DNA from: Octopus sinensis
Taxonomy: Eukaryota
NCBI RefSeq assembly: GCF_006345805.1
Contig: NW_021834367.1
Location: 1-49,246 of the forward strand
Reading direction: 5' to 3'
DNA length: 49,246 nt
The position numbers were made by a program, and so were the translations under genes. How positions within the stretch are numbered: the first letter of the stretch is position 1; every line of letters begins with the position of its first letter. Of the stretch, positions 1 to 12,495 are shown one piece after another. The notes under the pieces are model-generated. The model ran no database searches. It worked only from the letters and a program-made list of their open reading frames with translations, and was not told the origin of the DNA.

Positions 1-1022
1 AATCCCCCCAAAAATCCTATCACCCCCCCAAAAAACGAATGATAAGAAAGTTATTACGCAGATGTGATTCGAAACCGTGACCTATGAACTCTGTTTTACA
101 TGGAGGCCGTTTAACTTTGAACTGTTTTTACTCTTTACAATACTCTACTCTACCGCAATCACCTGATATGATGACATAATAAACATCATACATGTGTACA
201 TGTGTATGTGTTTGTGAATGGTGTGTATACACACACACACGCGCTCACACAGCGCGCGCTCACACACACGTGCTCACACACACGCGCTCACACACACGCG
301 CTCACACACACACCACACACACCACACTCACACCAATATTTAGAAATTATAAGCATTTTTACTTATGTCTTCAAATCTATCTATCTAGCTGTATGTGTGT
401 GTGAGTATATGTGTGTGTGAGTACGTGTGTGTGTGTGTGTGTGTGGTGTGTGTGTGTGTGTTTGTGTGTCTGTCTGTATGCTCCCTGTCTGCCTATCCGT
501 GTATCTGTTTACATATCAAATTAGCTTTAGCTGTTTATCCAATCCCCTCCGATTATCAAGCGATGCTAGAGAACAAGCACAAAGACACACAGACACACAC
601 ACATGTATACACTCACACACACGCATACAAATAAAGAATAAGGAGAGAATGAAGAGCTAATTAATAAAATAATATTTATTATTATAAACCGAAGCAATTA
701 GTTATTATTACATTTAGAAATTATTTATCCCTTTTTCATAATTCCGGTTAATACTTAATTGCCACTGCTTGTTCCTACTTGACTTAAATTTTATAACATT
801 AATTTTTCTTTGTATTGCAGCATTATAGACAAGTATAGTAATTATATGGCACTATTATTTATTTATACATGCGTTTTTCTTCTTTTCTTTTCTCTTTCTT
901 TTCCTCCTTCTCAATACCCTATGATATTACATTAATCTCTGCTTACGTTAAGACATAAAAATATACACTACCTTCTCCCCCTATGTTAGATTGATGCTTT
1001 CTATAACCGGCTCTTTCTTGTA

Positions 1023-1148
1023 CAGGGTGTCTACAAAGTCTGGGTACATGGAGTAAATAAAATCATAACAAAGAATTAAATATAAGAAATGATAATTTCT
1101 TAAAGTATGTGTTAATCCCCCATGTACCCAGACTTTGTGGACACCCTG
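1023..1148. mobile_element. Tc1/mariner-type MITE, 126 bp
   Basis: 29-bp terminal inverted repeats CAGGGTGTC(T/C)ACAAAGTCTGGGTACATGG with 1 mismatch; TA on both sides (1021-22, 1149-50). Confidence 0.9.
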
Positions 1149-1261
1149 TATATACGCTATCAGTTAACAGTTTGCAGCCGTTATCTGAACAAGTATTTCT
1201 AATCGGTATATCTTTACTACCTCTGAAAATAGTCATCTTATAAAGATTTTGTTTTTGTAAA

Positions 1262-1304
1262 TTGATTATCTGAAGATTACTGAATCGAAACAGCTGTCAG
1301 AGAT
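1262..1304 (+). ncRNA. Degenerate minimal type I hammerhead-like motif, probably from a PLE terminal repeat
   Basis: CTGAAGA (1270-76), GAAA (1287-90), palindromic ACAGCTGT stem III and GTC triplet (C1298); stems I and II imperfect. Confidence 0.4.
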
Positions 1305-1523
1305 GTCATATCTTATAATTAATAACTAATAGCTTATTCATTACTTCTCCATCTTCTTATTCTTTAACTATATAAATATATGAGCCACGGTTTAAATAGT
1401 TACCTTATAGTTGAAATTTCTATGCATTGGTAACTAACCAGTATTTTTCATTGGACTTTATTACCCCTTAATGAGGTTTATAACCTTTATTTGAATTTGC
1501 ATATGTATGTATTTACGTATATA

Positions 1524-1570
<47 letters not shown>

Positions 1571-2129
1571 ATATGTATATATATATGGTAGATGCCCCCT
1601 CGTTATCGAGTATGGCCATTGCACGAAGCTTAATCAATGTTGTTATCGTGCAATGCCTGTGCAAGTGAGGAAAGGCTGTGCACTGAGTCAATCTCACTCA
1701 CTAAGCAACAGCAGCCATAATCCGAAAAGAAGAACAAGTCAACATCATCGGTAACCACTGAGCTGCAGGTTTTATGTCGGACTTATCCCAGTTACCTGAG
1801 TTACCTTCTCCTAGAAGGATGCCCTAAAAAGATATATATATGCCTAGAAGGATATATATATATATATATACACATACACACTAATACCGAATAGTACGAG
1901 TGATTGTTACTCAACCCTGCATTGGTGGATAAATATTTTTATCTTTTTATTTGTGGATTAACAAGAGAACCAATGGTTTCATGTGAAGAGATCATCACAA
2001 TTGTTTAAGTATGCCACATAGAACTGTTGGTACTTGTCTCCATCTGGGATGACACGATGGACTTCTTCCAGTTTCTGTCATTCATACATGCATACATACA
2101 TACATACATATATATGCACGCTCTCTCTC

Positions 2130-2165
<36 letters not shown>

Positions 2166-2225
2166 TGTGTATGACTGTATATATGCATGTATGTGTGTAT
2201 ATATATATATTCGACTTCTTAGGAT

Positions 2226-2640
2226 ACCTCCGTAAAAAGTCGTAAGTGGTTGTTTGAGAATTTCTACGACTTCACCAGTCCTCATTTCTGCGCTTCTCAT
2301 TCTCACGATTTTAATCCCATTGACTACTATGTCAGGGGTATGACAGAGAAAGACACAAATCGCTTTGCTTGCAACACCAAGGCTGAGCTGGTGGATAAGG
2401 ACAAGGAGATTTAAAAAGATTTTCCCAGGGACGTAGTGAGGAACGCATGCAGAAGGCTCTGGCGCTGTGTTGAGGCTGTGATGGAGGCTGAAAGAAGCAA
2501 CTTTGAGAAAACTCATCTCCCAGCCATAATCAAGTGGATATTTTTTGATTTTTTAGAACATAGTTTTATTTTGGGGATGGGATATTGTGCTTTCGTTTCC
2601 TTTTAAGAAAGCGCTCAAATTTAAGCCCCAAACACCTTGT
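2226..2640 (+). mobile_element. Tc1/mariner-superfamily transposase C-terminal relic with right end
   Basis: Reads KWLFENFYDFTSPHFCASHSHDFNPIDYYVRG...ACRRLWRCVEAVMEAE, a decayed WPPNSPDLNPxDYxVWG motif with an internal stop; ends CACCTTGTA-TA, like the CACCCTGTA terminus of the MITE. Confidence 0.8.
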
Positions 2641-2779
2641 ATATATGTATGTCTGTATGTATATTAAAAAGTATATATATACATTTATTTATATATTTAT
2701 ATATGTACATGCACACATGCACGACAGTCATACACATACATAAATATATGATAGATCGGTAGCCACTACACACATTTTT

Positions 2780-3155
<376 letters not shown>

Positions 3156-3419
3156 AGATATATGCAAAGAAAGACAGAATTGAAGAGGGCCTGCTTTAAA
3201 AGCGATATATGTTAGCGATGTGTAAATGACTTTAGATGGCTACGGGTACGACCTTTCGAAACATTAAAAGAAAGATACAAAAATATATCAAAAAAAGGAA
3301 AAAAAAAATTTTTCTTCTTCACCAAAATAAATAACTAAACAAATAAAATATACAGAAAAATAATAAAAGAATATGAAAATGGAATCAATGACTTGGTTTA
3401 GCGAGAAGGTTAACCTGTT

Positions 3420-3630
3420 TTATTGATCATGTGTGTATATATGTGTGTGTATATGGGGGTGTGCAAATGTGTGTGTATGAGTGTGTGCTTGTGTGTGTGC
3501 CTGTGTCTGTGTGTGGGTGGTTGTGCGTGTATATGCATACATCTTGTGTTTGTGTGTATGTGTATTGTGTGTGTTCGTATATCTGTGTGTGTGTGTGGTG
3601 TGTGTGTGTGTGTGTGTGGAATGTGTGTGT
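3420..3630. repeat. Imperfect (TG)n microsatellite
   Basis: Directly visible. Confidence 0.9.
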
Positions 3631-3830
3631 CCGACATTTATAAGTTGGTGTCCATTTGAAGAGCAAGTTTCGGCCAGGGGTCAAGGAGAATTTCCAAGCA
3701 GTGACTTTGACCTCTTTTAGTCATTTCGGTTCTCCTCCCCTTCCTCTTCCGCCTTTCTCGGCGTCTCGCCACTTCATCTCGACCACGACGATCGATTTTC
3801 CACACGTTTTACGATATCCTTCCACCAATT

Positions 3831-3863
3831 CCACCACCACAACCCATCACCACCACCGCCACC

Positions 3864-3935
<72 letters not shown>

Positions 3936-3985
3936 ACTACTACTACTACAACTACTACTACTACTACTACCACCACCGCCACCAC
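3831..3985. repeat. Compound trinucleotide array (CAC)-(TAC)-(TGC)-(TAC)-(CAC)
   Basis: Directly visible. Confidence 0.95.
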
Positions 3986-4024
3986 CTGGCACCCTTCAAT
4001 TCGAAAGAAGAGAGATGAATGAAA

Positions 4025-4103
4025 CCAATGACATTGGCGGGAATTGAGGTCAGGTAGAGAGAAGGGGAGAGGGGAAGGCGACAGTGAAGTATTGGCGGGA
4101 ATT
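4025..4103. promoter_or_regulatory. Candidate CCAAT plus E2F-like motif cluster
   Basis: CCAAT at 4025; ATTGGCGGGAATT at 4033-4045 and 4091-4103. Confidence 0.3.
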
Positions 4104-4180
4104 TACATTGAATCGATGAATTGATTATGAAAAACAAAATAAATTTTTTAAATCTCATTTTTCTTTCTCTCTCTCTCTCT

Positions 4181-4240
<60 letters not shown>

Positions 4241-4241
4241 G

Positions 4242-4284
<43 letters not shown>

Positions 4285-4364
4285 ATATATGTAAATATAA
4301 ATGAGAACGTAATATATCTGAAGCGGGTGGTTCAACCATTCACGCGGGCCCGGTCAGTGAACTT

Positions 4365-4587
4365 TTTATTTTTATCTTTACTTGTTTCAGTCATTTGACT
4401 GCGGCCATGCTGGGGCACCACCCCAGGGGTTTAGTCCAACAAATCGACCCTGGGAATAATGTTTTTAAAGCTTGGTACTTATTTTATCAGTCTCTTTTGC
4501 CCAACCGCTACGTTACGGGATTGCAAACACACCAGCACTGGTTGTCAGGGTGGTAGTGAGTGGGGCAAATAAACACACACACACACA

Positions 4588-4646
<59 letters not shown>

Positions 4647-4767
4647 CGAGCTCCTTTCAGTTTCTGTCTACCAAATCCACTCACAAAGCTTTGGTTGGCC
4701 CAAGGCTATAGTAGAAGACACCATGCAGTGGGACTGAACCCTGAACCACACAGCCACTCTTGCACCT
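4365..4767 (-). mobile_element. tRNA-derived SINE, family A, with internal deletions
   Basis: Reverse complement of the copy at 38700-39110 (head, (CA)n middle, GACTGAAACAAGTAAA tail). Confidence 0.85.
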
Positions 4768-4789
4768 ATATCAATAACTGCCACAAAAA

Positions 4790-5005
4790 TGATAATCCTT
4801 TCAGTTATGGATATAGGGCCTGAAATTTTTAGGGAGCTGGTCGATTACATGGATCCCACTGCTCAATTGGTACTAATTGCATCGACCCCAAGAGGATGAA
4901 AGGTAAAGTCGACATTCGGAGAATTTGAACTCAGAATGCAAAGACGGACGAAATGCCGGTAAGCATTTTGCTCGACGCACTAATAATTCTCTCAGTTCAC
5001 TGTCC
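4790..5005 (-). mobile_element. SINE family B, diverged
   Basis: Reverse complement of the TTCTGAGTTCAAATT...GTCGAC...CATCCT...GGGGTCGAT core seen at 25832 and 26523. Confidence 0.75.
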
Positions 5006-5380
5006 AATAGTAATTTGTTTATTTGCTACGAGGGGCGACACATAGCGGGAACATCAAGAAAACAATTCACAAAAGTAGTGGAGAGCTTTACTTAGTATCG
5101 TTTACACACACTTGCGCGCGCATCTAATTTTATAGGAAAGAAAGAGAGGTTAGTGAAATTGGTTAACACACGTGGTTAGTCATAGATACAAAGGGGTTGC
5201 GTGGTTCGAGATCTTCAGGATTTCTTTCACCTCTCTTTCTTCGTCTTAGGATTTTTTTTAAAAACCACCAACCAATACAGTGGAAACAAGAACACCACAA
5301 ACAGACCACAGCACATGCCCAAGGCACACAGCTGTGCCGGTAGTGCAGTGAGAACACGTGATAAAAATAAGATTACTGAA

Positions 5381-5381
<1 letters not shown>

Positions 5382-5439
<58 letters not shown>

Positions 5440-5477
5440 ATAATAATAATAATAATAATATTAATAATAATAATAAT
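5382..5477. repeat. (CTA)n(ATA)n microsatellite
   Basis: Directly visible. Confidence 0.95.
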
Positions 5478-5692
5478 CGTTTCTGCTAAAGGCACAAGGC
5501 CTGAAATTTTATAGGGAGGGGGCTAGTCGGTAACATCGACTTCCCTGTTTCGCTGGTACTTAATTTATCGACCCCGAAAGGATGAAAGTTTAAGTCGACG
5601 TCGGCGGAATTTGAACCGTAAAGACGGACGAAATGCCTGCCGATAAGCATTTCCCCTCTCCGCCGTGCTAACGATTCTACCAACTCACCGAT
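5475..5692 (-). mobile_element. SINE family B, diverged
   Basis: CTGGTACTTAATTTATCGACCCCGAAAGGATGAAAG...GTCGAC...GGCGGAATTTGAAC is the family B core reversed. Confidence 0.8.
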
Positions 5693-8086
5693 ACTAATTT
5701 CATTAGTTGACAATTGAAGGAGGACATTAATAGGTAAAAAATTACAGGAATGGTGTGTGAGTGCAAGTGTAGGCGTCTGTGGATGGGGGGTGGGGCGAGT
5801 GGGGCTACATAGAATTCATTATGAATGCAAAAATAAAAGCAAAGAAGAATAGATCAGGTATAAAAGACAATAGTAAGATTAATTTCTAAATTAAGTACAA
5901 GGCCTCCTCCCCATCCTTTGCACATGCCTGGTATTTAATTGTATTGAAGTGACATCCTTCTTTCCGTTTCACCGAAAAGTTAGAAAGTGAAGTTAATGTT
6001 TGTAGTATTCGCATTGAGAAGTCAGTAAAGGGGAGATAACTAAGTACTACAAAACCATTTAGTTCGGCAGTTTACCTCGTCTCCCAACGTAACGAATCGA
6101 AGAATGTGCTTTGTTGTTGTTGTTCTTGTTGTTTAGGCCCAAATCAACTCAATTCGTACAGACATATTGAATAATTTCAATGGTGACCATCCCACCTTTT
6201 CCACTCAATATGTAGTAAATCCAGTTTCTCAGTCTCCAACGTGAATTTTTTGCAAAAAATGAAAAAAAAAGAGGACTGCATGGTGTAACTCGAGGATGAT
6301 TTAGCTACTCCTGGCATGTCCGTAGACCATGCAGAGGCCTCTTCGTCGAGTCCTCGCTGTTAGGTTTTAGAGTAGATGGGGTTGGGTGAGGTGGAAAGGG
6401 AAGATGAGATGTATGATCGAGTATATCCACTGATTGGTAATTCGTATCGATTATTGATCGAGTTGACAAACAAATCAGTTGGAAGTTCTGAACGTTCAAG
6501 GGACGTAATCACTGAATACTGCAAAGCAATTTTAGTCCGCCATTTTAACTTTGTTCTTTCATAACAATCATTATTTCTGGAGGAATGCTGCTCGACAGGA
6601 TGTATATTTCCGAGATTAGGGAGTTTTACCACTTCCTCTCTACCACCACCACCTCCACCACTACGGAGCCACATATGGGATTTGAATGTCGCGGGAAAAT
6701 TAGATGGATTCTTGGATCTTTTTCTTTTGAACACAATTTCTAGTTAACTAAACATTTTAAAACTTCGTATACTGGTAGAATGTGTCAAAATAAAACATTT
6801 TTTTCTCTTGGCTTTCTTGAGAAAATTGTAATTTGTAAGTTTAACGTAGTTTAATTTTTCGAATTTTAACCAATCGATGGCCTCTATTTAGCTAAAATCA
6901 TTTGCTGCGTCTAAAACTGAGACAACATCCTGTCACTGTTACGTTTACGTTCGGAAAGCGTGTGTATAAAATTATTCAAAAGGAAAAGATCCGGATTCTT
7001 CAAACCAATCCAATAGGTAGGTTATCCCAAGGAAAGACCAAGAACGAGATGGTTGTATAATATCCATAGTCACAGCTGGTCATGCTTGGGAATCCAGCTG
7101 AAAACTGTAACGAAGCTTGCTTCTGAAATAACCACATGGAAGAAATGCCAGAGGTTTGTACCTCCACAACACTTCCAGGAATAGTAAGCTGAAAAAAATG
7201 GAGCGATGGATCTACCGTATTATTGTTTTATGCTGAGCAAAATGTGCGTTCGTGTGTTACGCTTTAGTCAACCTCAACTATTGACCGAAATCGAATGCAA
7301 AGTCGAAATCTTTGATATAAGGAAGCAACTGTTTGGAAGATTTACAAATTTATACAAATAAAAATAAGTAAAAATAATAATAATGATAACAGCAAAAACG
7401 GCAAAAATATCAATAACATAACAACAATAATAATAATTAGAAAAATAGAAATAATAGTAACGTAGAAATTCTACCATATGTACTGTGAGTTAAAATTATA
7501 AGCGTTTCTTCGTATTTGTTTTTTAAAATTGTTTTGTTAGAACAGAAAGGGACCTTACTCATCTTCCTTTACAAGACCTAAATGACCGGTAGAAGGACAA
7601 AGGCGACGAATAAAATGGGGGATTAATGGAATAGGTTACAAAATATAAAATATTTCAGTGCTTACACACATACACAAGACTTTGAAGTCACTATCAACTT
7701 TTTCTTTGAAACAGTTGATAAACATGCAGACTACTAAACTGTATTGAGTAATGGTCAATTGATTTTATGTACAATTTCACATAAAAAGCATTAACACACG
7801 TACACACACACACATTAGACTTAGGGAGCTTACGAAGTATGAATAAAGAAATATATATATGGAGGTAGAGGAGTAAAAGTGGTGGTCGAAAAAATCGGAA
7901 TTACGAGACGAAACAGCAAGAATCAAATAATATTTACAATGAAAATAAATCCAGTAATACGAGGAACAGGAAGAACATGTAACTGTTTGGATCATATAAT
8001 TCATTAACGAGAAGAAAAAGAAATAAGAGCGGCAAGAGAAAAATAAATGGAAACAATATCGAATTTACAAAACCCGCATATATATA

Positions 8087-8121
<35 letters not shown>

Positions 8122-8407
8122 AGCATATGATTTTGAATATAGGCACAAGACTACACATTCAATTTATTGCTAAAGGTGTTAGCTTATTTTATTAATCCTC
8201 ACTTCTATACTTATCGGCAACAATATTTGAACTCTGAATGTAAAGGGAGATAATTAGATAATTAAGTCACTTGATCCGGTGTGACGTTTACTAATCCAAC
8301 ATGTTCACCAAAAGAATTTTCCAATTTGTAACAATTTGATCCACTTTTAGTGCTTTTCTGTCAAACATCGACATATGATCTGCTGCTTAGCAGGGGATAA
8401 GGACATA

Positions 8408-8442
<35 letters not shown>

Positions 8443-8458
8443 TAGTAGTAGTAGTAGT

Positions 8459-8494
<36 letters not shown>
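8408..8494. repeat. (TAG)n microsatellite
   Basis: Directly visible. Confidence 0.95.
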
Positions 8495-8684
8495 TATGTT
8501 GTTGTTGTTGTTGTTATTGTTTGTGGTGTAGATGTTGCTTTTCTTAGTGTTGTGCGTGTTCTTGTTGTTGCTGTTGCAAATGTTGTTTTTGCTTGTAACG
8601 GAGGTGGTGATATTGTTGGTGGAGATGGTGTTCTTCTTGTTATTGTAGTTGTGGTTGTTGTTAGTGTATGTGCAGGTTGTTGTT

Positions 8685-8875
8685 TAGAATCGGGTTCAGA
8701 CCTGAACTGACAGAAAGACCTACTATCAAAATGTTCCCAACCATAGCCATCTCGCCTTATTTTCTACTCTGCAATATACATTATATATACCCTTTCATAT
8801 TTTAAATGACGTTGTGAAGTTTGAGGCATATTTACCTGTTATTTCTAGCAGGTTGACCAACCACATAGAGGCTAC
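8685..8875 (+). mobile_element. Dispersed repeat family C, diverged
   Basis: Shares GTTTAG...GGTCAG / CCA-GACCATC / GCT(G)TTATTTCTAGCA...CCACATAGAGG blocks with other copies. Confidence 0.55.
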
Positions 8876-8899
8876 TTCTTTTACTCAATGGTGTTGTTT

Positions 8900-8900
8900 A

Positions 8901-8964
<64 letters not shown>

Positions 8965-8984
8965 CATTATTATTATAGTTGTTG

Positions 8985-9027
<43 letters not shown>

Positions 9028-9047
9028 CATTGTTATTATTGGTGTTG

Positions 9048-9084
<37 letters not shown>

Positions 9085-9104
9085 CATTATTATTATTGTT
9101 GTTG

Positions 9105-9159
<55 letters not shown>

Positions 9160-9162
9160 CAT
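8900..9162. repeat. (ATT)n microsatellite with GTT/ATC variants
   Basis: Directly visible. Confidence 0.95.
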
Positions 9163-9348
9163 TGTTTAGTCTCTGGTCAGGTTTAATCGACAAAAATCCA
9201 GGACTAAAGACTTTCCAGCCATGACCATCCTAGCACATGACAACGTCATTCAACGTGTTTTTATCAAAGACACTAGTATGTGATTTGAATGAGGGGCGAA
9301 TTGGCTGCTATTTTTAGCATGCAGAGCGACCACATAGAGGTTCCCTCA
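9163..9348 (+). mobile_element. Dispersed repeat family C
   Basis: TGTTTAGTCTCTGGTCAG...TTCCAGCCATGACCATCC...TTGGCTGCTATTTTTAGCA...GACCACATAGAGG. Confidence 0.6.
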
Positions 9349-9704
9349 TTTGCGCGTTGCTGATGTTTGTGTTATTGCTGATGACAGCGGTGGTGGCGAT
9401 GGGGGTTAAGCTTAGCACCACACCCTTTCACCCGACGCAAATGCGTTCCACTGCGATCACCACGTAAGTGAGGCTGTCTCTTACACAACGTATCATGCCT
9501 TTTAAATTTTCTGTTAAGAGAATAAAGCATGAGTTTGAGGGAGAGTTAGCTGCTATTTCTAACAAGCCGAGTGAAAACTATTAGGAACCTGTCCCCCGCC
9601 CCCACATATTTTGTCAAATTTATGTAGCGTTACAGAATTTAGAAGCACTGCACAGTTTCAATTAAAGTCACGCCTCACCTTGAACCAGCAACTGAGACAC
9701 ACAT

Positions 9705-9897
9705 GTCTGCTAGAAATAGTAACCTAATCTCCCCCCGACATCCACAGTCTTAGCAAAAGCACCCAGGAGTTAAATGGTGACCGGTTTATCCTCTCTGTGA
9801 TCACAGGGAAATAAAAGACGGGATGGTCACGACTGGAATACCTTTGGTCATTGGTCATTGGTCAGTTCGACCGCGTCTGACCGGGAGTTAAACAAAC
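9705..9897 (-). mobile_element. Dispersed repeat family C, inverted relative to 9163-9348
   Basis: TGCTAGAAATAG...GACGGGATGGTCACGACTGGAAT...CTGACCGGGAGTTAAAC is the reverse complement of the family blocks. Confidence 0.65.
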
Positions 9898-10275
9898 ACA
9901 AAAACTGCATCACGAATAACAACAACAATTGCAATAAATGTGTTTTAATATTTAGGAAATGAGAGATGTGTGTGTGTTGTGTGTGGTGTGTGTGTGTCTG
10001 AGGGGTGGGGGTGGTAAAAAGTTAAATTGATCTCCGTAGAAGGTTGCTACGTTATTTTATCTGCGCTGAAAGGATGAAGGGCAAAAATTGAGTTGCGCAG
10101 CATTTGAACTCAGGTCCGTAAAGGAACCGGAAGCAATGCTTCAAACTATTTCTCTAATGATTTTGCCACTCTACTTCCCCCCAGCACAAACCACAACTAC
10201 AATAACATTGGTTATAATAACAACAGCAGCACATCCACCACCACCACCACCACCACCACCACCACCTCCACCATC

Positions 10276-10313
<38 letters not shown>

Positions 10314-10394
10314 CTTCAACAACAACGTGATTGCTGCAGTTTTTTTAATATATATATATATTTATATTTTCATTATTATATTTTCTTTTTCTTT

Positions 10395-10649
10395 AAGTTT
10401 GAGGCATATTTACCTGTTATTTCTAGCAGGAACACCAACCACATAGAGGCTACTTCTTTTATTCAATAGTGTTCTTTAATTATTATTATTTCATTATTAT
10501 TATTATTATTATTATTTATTATTATTATTATATTATTATTATTATTATTATTATATTATTATCATTATTATTATTATTATTATTAATATTATTATTATTA
10601 TTATTATTATTATTGTTGTTATTATTATATTATTATTATTATTATTATT

Positions 10650-10681
<32 letters not shown>

Positions 10682-10734
10682 TCATTATTATTAATTATTA
10701 TTATAATATTATTATTATTATTATTATTATATTG

Positions 10735-10768
<34 letters not shown>

Positions 10769-10795
10769 GTTTAGTCTCTGGTCAGGTTTAATCGA
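10395..10795. repeat. Local duplicate of 8817-9190 (both flanks plus (ATT)n)
   Basis: AAGTTTGAGGCATATTTACCTGTTATTTCTAGCAGG left flank and TTGTTTAGTCTCTGGTCAGGTTTAATCGA right flank both recur. Confidence 0.85.
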
Positions 10796-11664
10796 ATTTA
10801 TCTCCGATAAAATAAAATAAAATAAAATAAAATAAAAAAGGTGAAAAAAAAAATTTCAACTTAACCCCTTTTTTCGTTAAAAAAAAAACTTAACCCTTTT
10901 TCGCGATGCTGTATGTAGAATATGAAGGGACCAGAATAAATACTGGAAAATAATTTAGTCCAATTGTCAGCTGGGGTTTTATTTTTTGAAAAAGAAAATC
11001 ACCAAGTACCGCGTTTAACGCAACATGCAGTGCCCTTCCTTTATATTCTAGACTTTGTGTCTTTGTAACAGAAAATCAATACGTTACATATTTTGAATAA
11101 TTACCCAACTTTCAGACGAATGGATTAGCGTAGTAACTGTAGAGTTGTCTCCCTTGATGTTTTGAGTTCAAATCCTAGTAAATTCAGAGTTGCGCTTTTT
11201 TAAAAACAATTTATTCTTTTTTTTTTGGGGGGGGGTGGATAAAAAATAATATACCAGTTAAATATTGAGGGTGGGGTACAAATGTTCAACTACAGCATGG
11301 TGGGTTGAAATAATTGTTGGAACGTTGGATAAAATAGTCATCCAGTGTCGAATTACGGCCCTTTAAGATCCGAGTTCAAATTCCGTTGAAAGCATGGCAA
11401 CTTTTTTAATTAGTGTCACCTTTGTCTTTCGTCCTTTAACTCGGGTCCATTAAATAAAATATCAGAGAAATGGTGGGGTGAGAGAGGATTTAAATATTTT
11501 CCATGTCTTTCCTTTCTTTCTTTCTTTCTTTTTTTTGTAGACATGTGACAAATAACCTTGTGAAGGGTCGACAAAAACTACCGTACCAGTGAAATACTGG
11601 GGACTAAAAAGCGTGTTAAATATTATTATAAAGCATACTACACTTCAATATAATAATAATAATA

Positions 11665-11699
<35 letters not shown>

Positions 11700-11705
<6 letters not shown>

Positions 11706-11960
11706 GTTTCGATTTTTTGGCGCAAGGTTAGCAATTTTGGGGCTTGGGGCTTAAACATCGACTTTTGTGTACAACTGGTTCTTAATTCATCGACCCTGAA
11801 AGGGTGAATAACCCTTTTTGCTATAGAAACAAAACTTAAAATTTTGAGGGAGGGGGTGTTGGTCGTTACATCGACCCCAGTACACGACTGGTACACGTTT
11901 TACCGACCCTGAAAGGATAAAAGGATAAAAGGCAAAACCGACTTCGATGAACTTCAACAG
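11700..11960 (-). mobile_element. Two adjacent diverged family B SINE fragments
   Basis: Two ACATCGAC...ACTGGT...CGACCCTGAAAGG blocks. Confidence 0.65.
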
Positions 11961-12151
11961 AATATTAGGAAAAACTACTCTCCCCCACTCCACCGCCCAA
12001 TATTTGCAGTTTTGTGCCTCGCTTAGATATCGTTGTTATACACTGGGAGAGCGAATGAAAAATATAACAGCATTGCGAACCAACACAACTGATATAAACA
12101 TTTATGGAAGGAAGAAGGGAGAAGGAAACAGATACTAAAATATGTACTTAC

Positions 12152-12301
12152 TCTTTTGTCCTCAAGGCGCACTGCATCGAAAATCTTCCATACCATTTCT
12201 GGTCCTGCACTGCCGACCTGTTTGCCTATATCATAATATTTGGTTATAGGATTAATATTGTCAGTGTTTAAGGACAATTTTAGCATGGATAAAACTTCCA
12301 T
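12152..12301 (-). CDS. First coding exon of an SCY1-like protein 2 (SCYL2/CVAK104-family) pseudokinase, possibly the invertebrate paralog; partial gene
   Basis: MEVLSMLKLSLNTDNINPITKYYDIGKQVGSAGPEMVWKIFDAVRLEDKR matches the family N-terminus as I recall it (NPvtxxfdiGkxvasaGpxlxWkixxg). ATG at 12301 has A at -3 and G at +4; phase-0 donor AGA|GTAAGT with GT at 12151-12150. Gene symbol withheld because orthology is uncertain. Confidence 0.85.
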
Positions 12302-12495
12302 TCTCCTCGTCAGAACACTACCACAACCGAAACACTCACAACATCGCGGTGAAGGTGGAGAGGGCGGCGGAGAAGAAGGCGCCGAAGAAGAGGGAGGCGA
12401 AGCCGAAAATGGAGTGGGCGAAACGGGACACGTTGGGCTTGGCCGTGGGCTCGCTTGCGGCCACTGTTGTGGTTGGAGCTGTGTTTGCGACAAGC

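Noticed and set aside
6360-6734. 124-aa minus-strand ORF
   Set aside because: Non-ATG start, no recognised domain or convincing splice sites.
8290-8385. Minus-strand DHMSMFDRKALKVDQIV as SCYL2 exon 2
   Set aside because: All nearby AG acceptors give phase 1 while the donor is phase 0; the phase-0 frame stops and no RLxHP motif follows.
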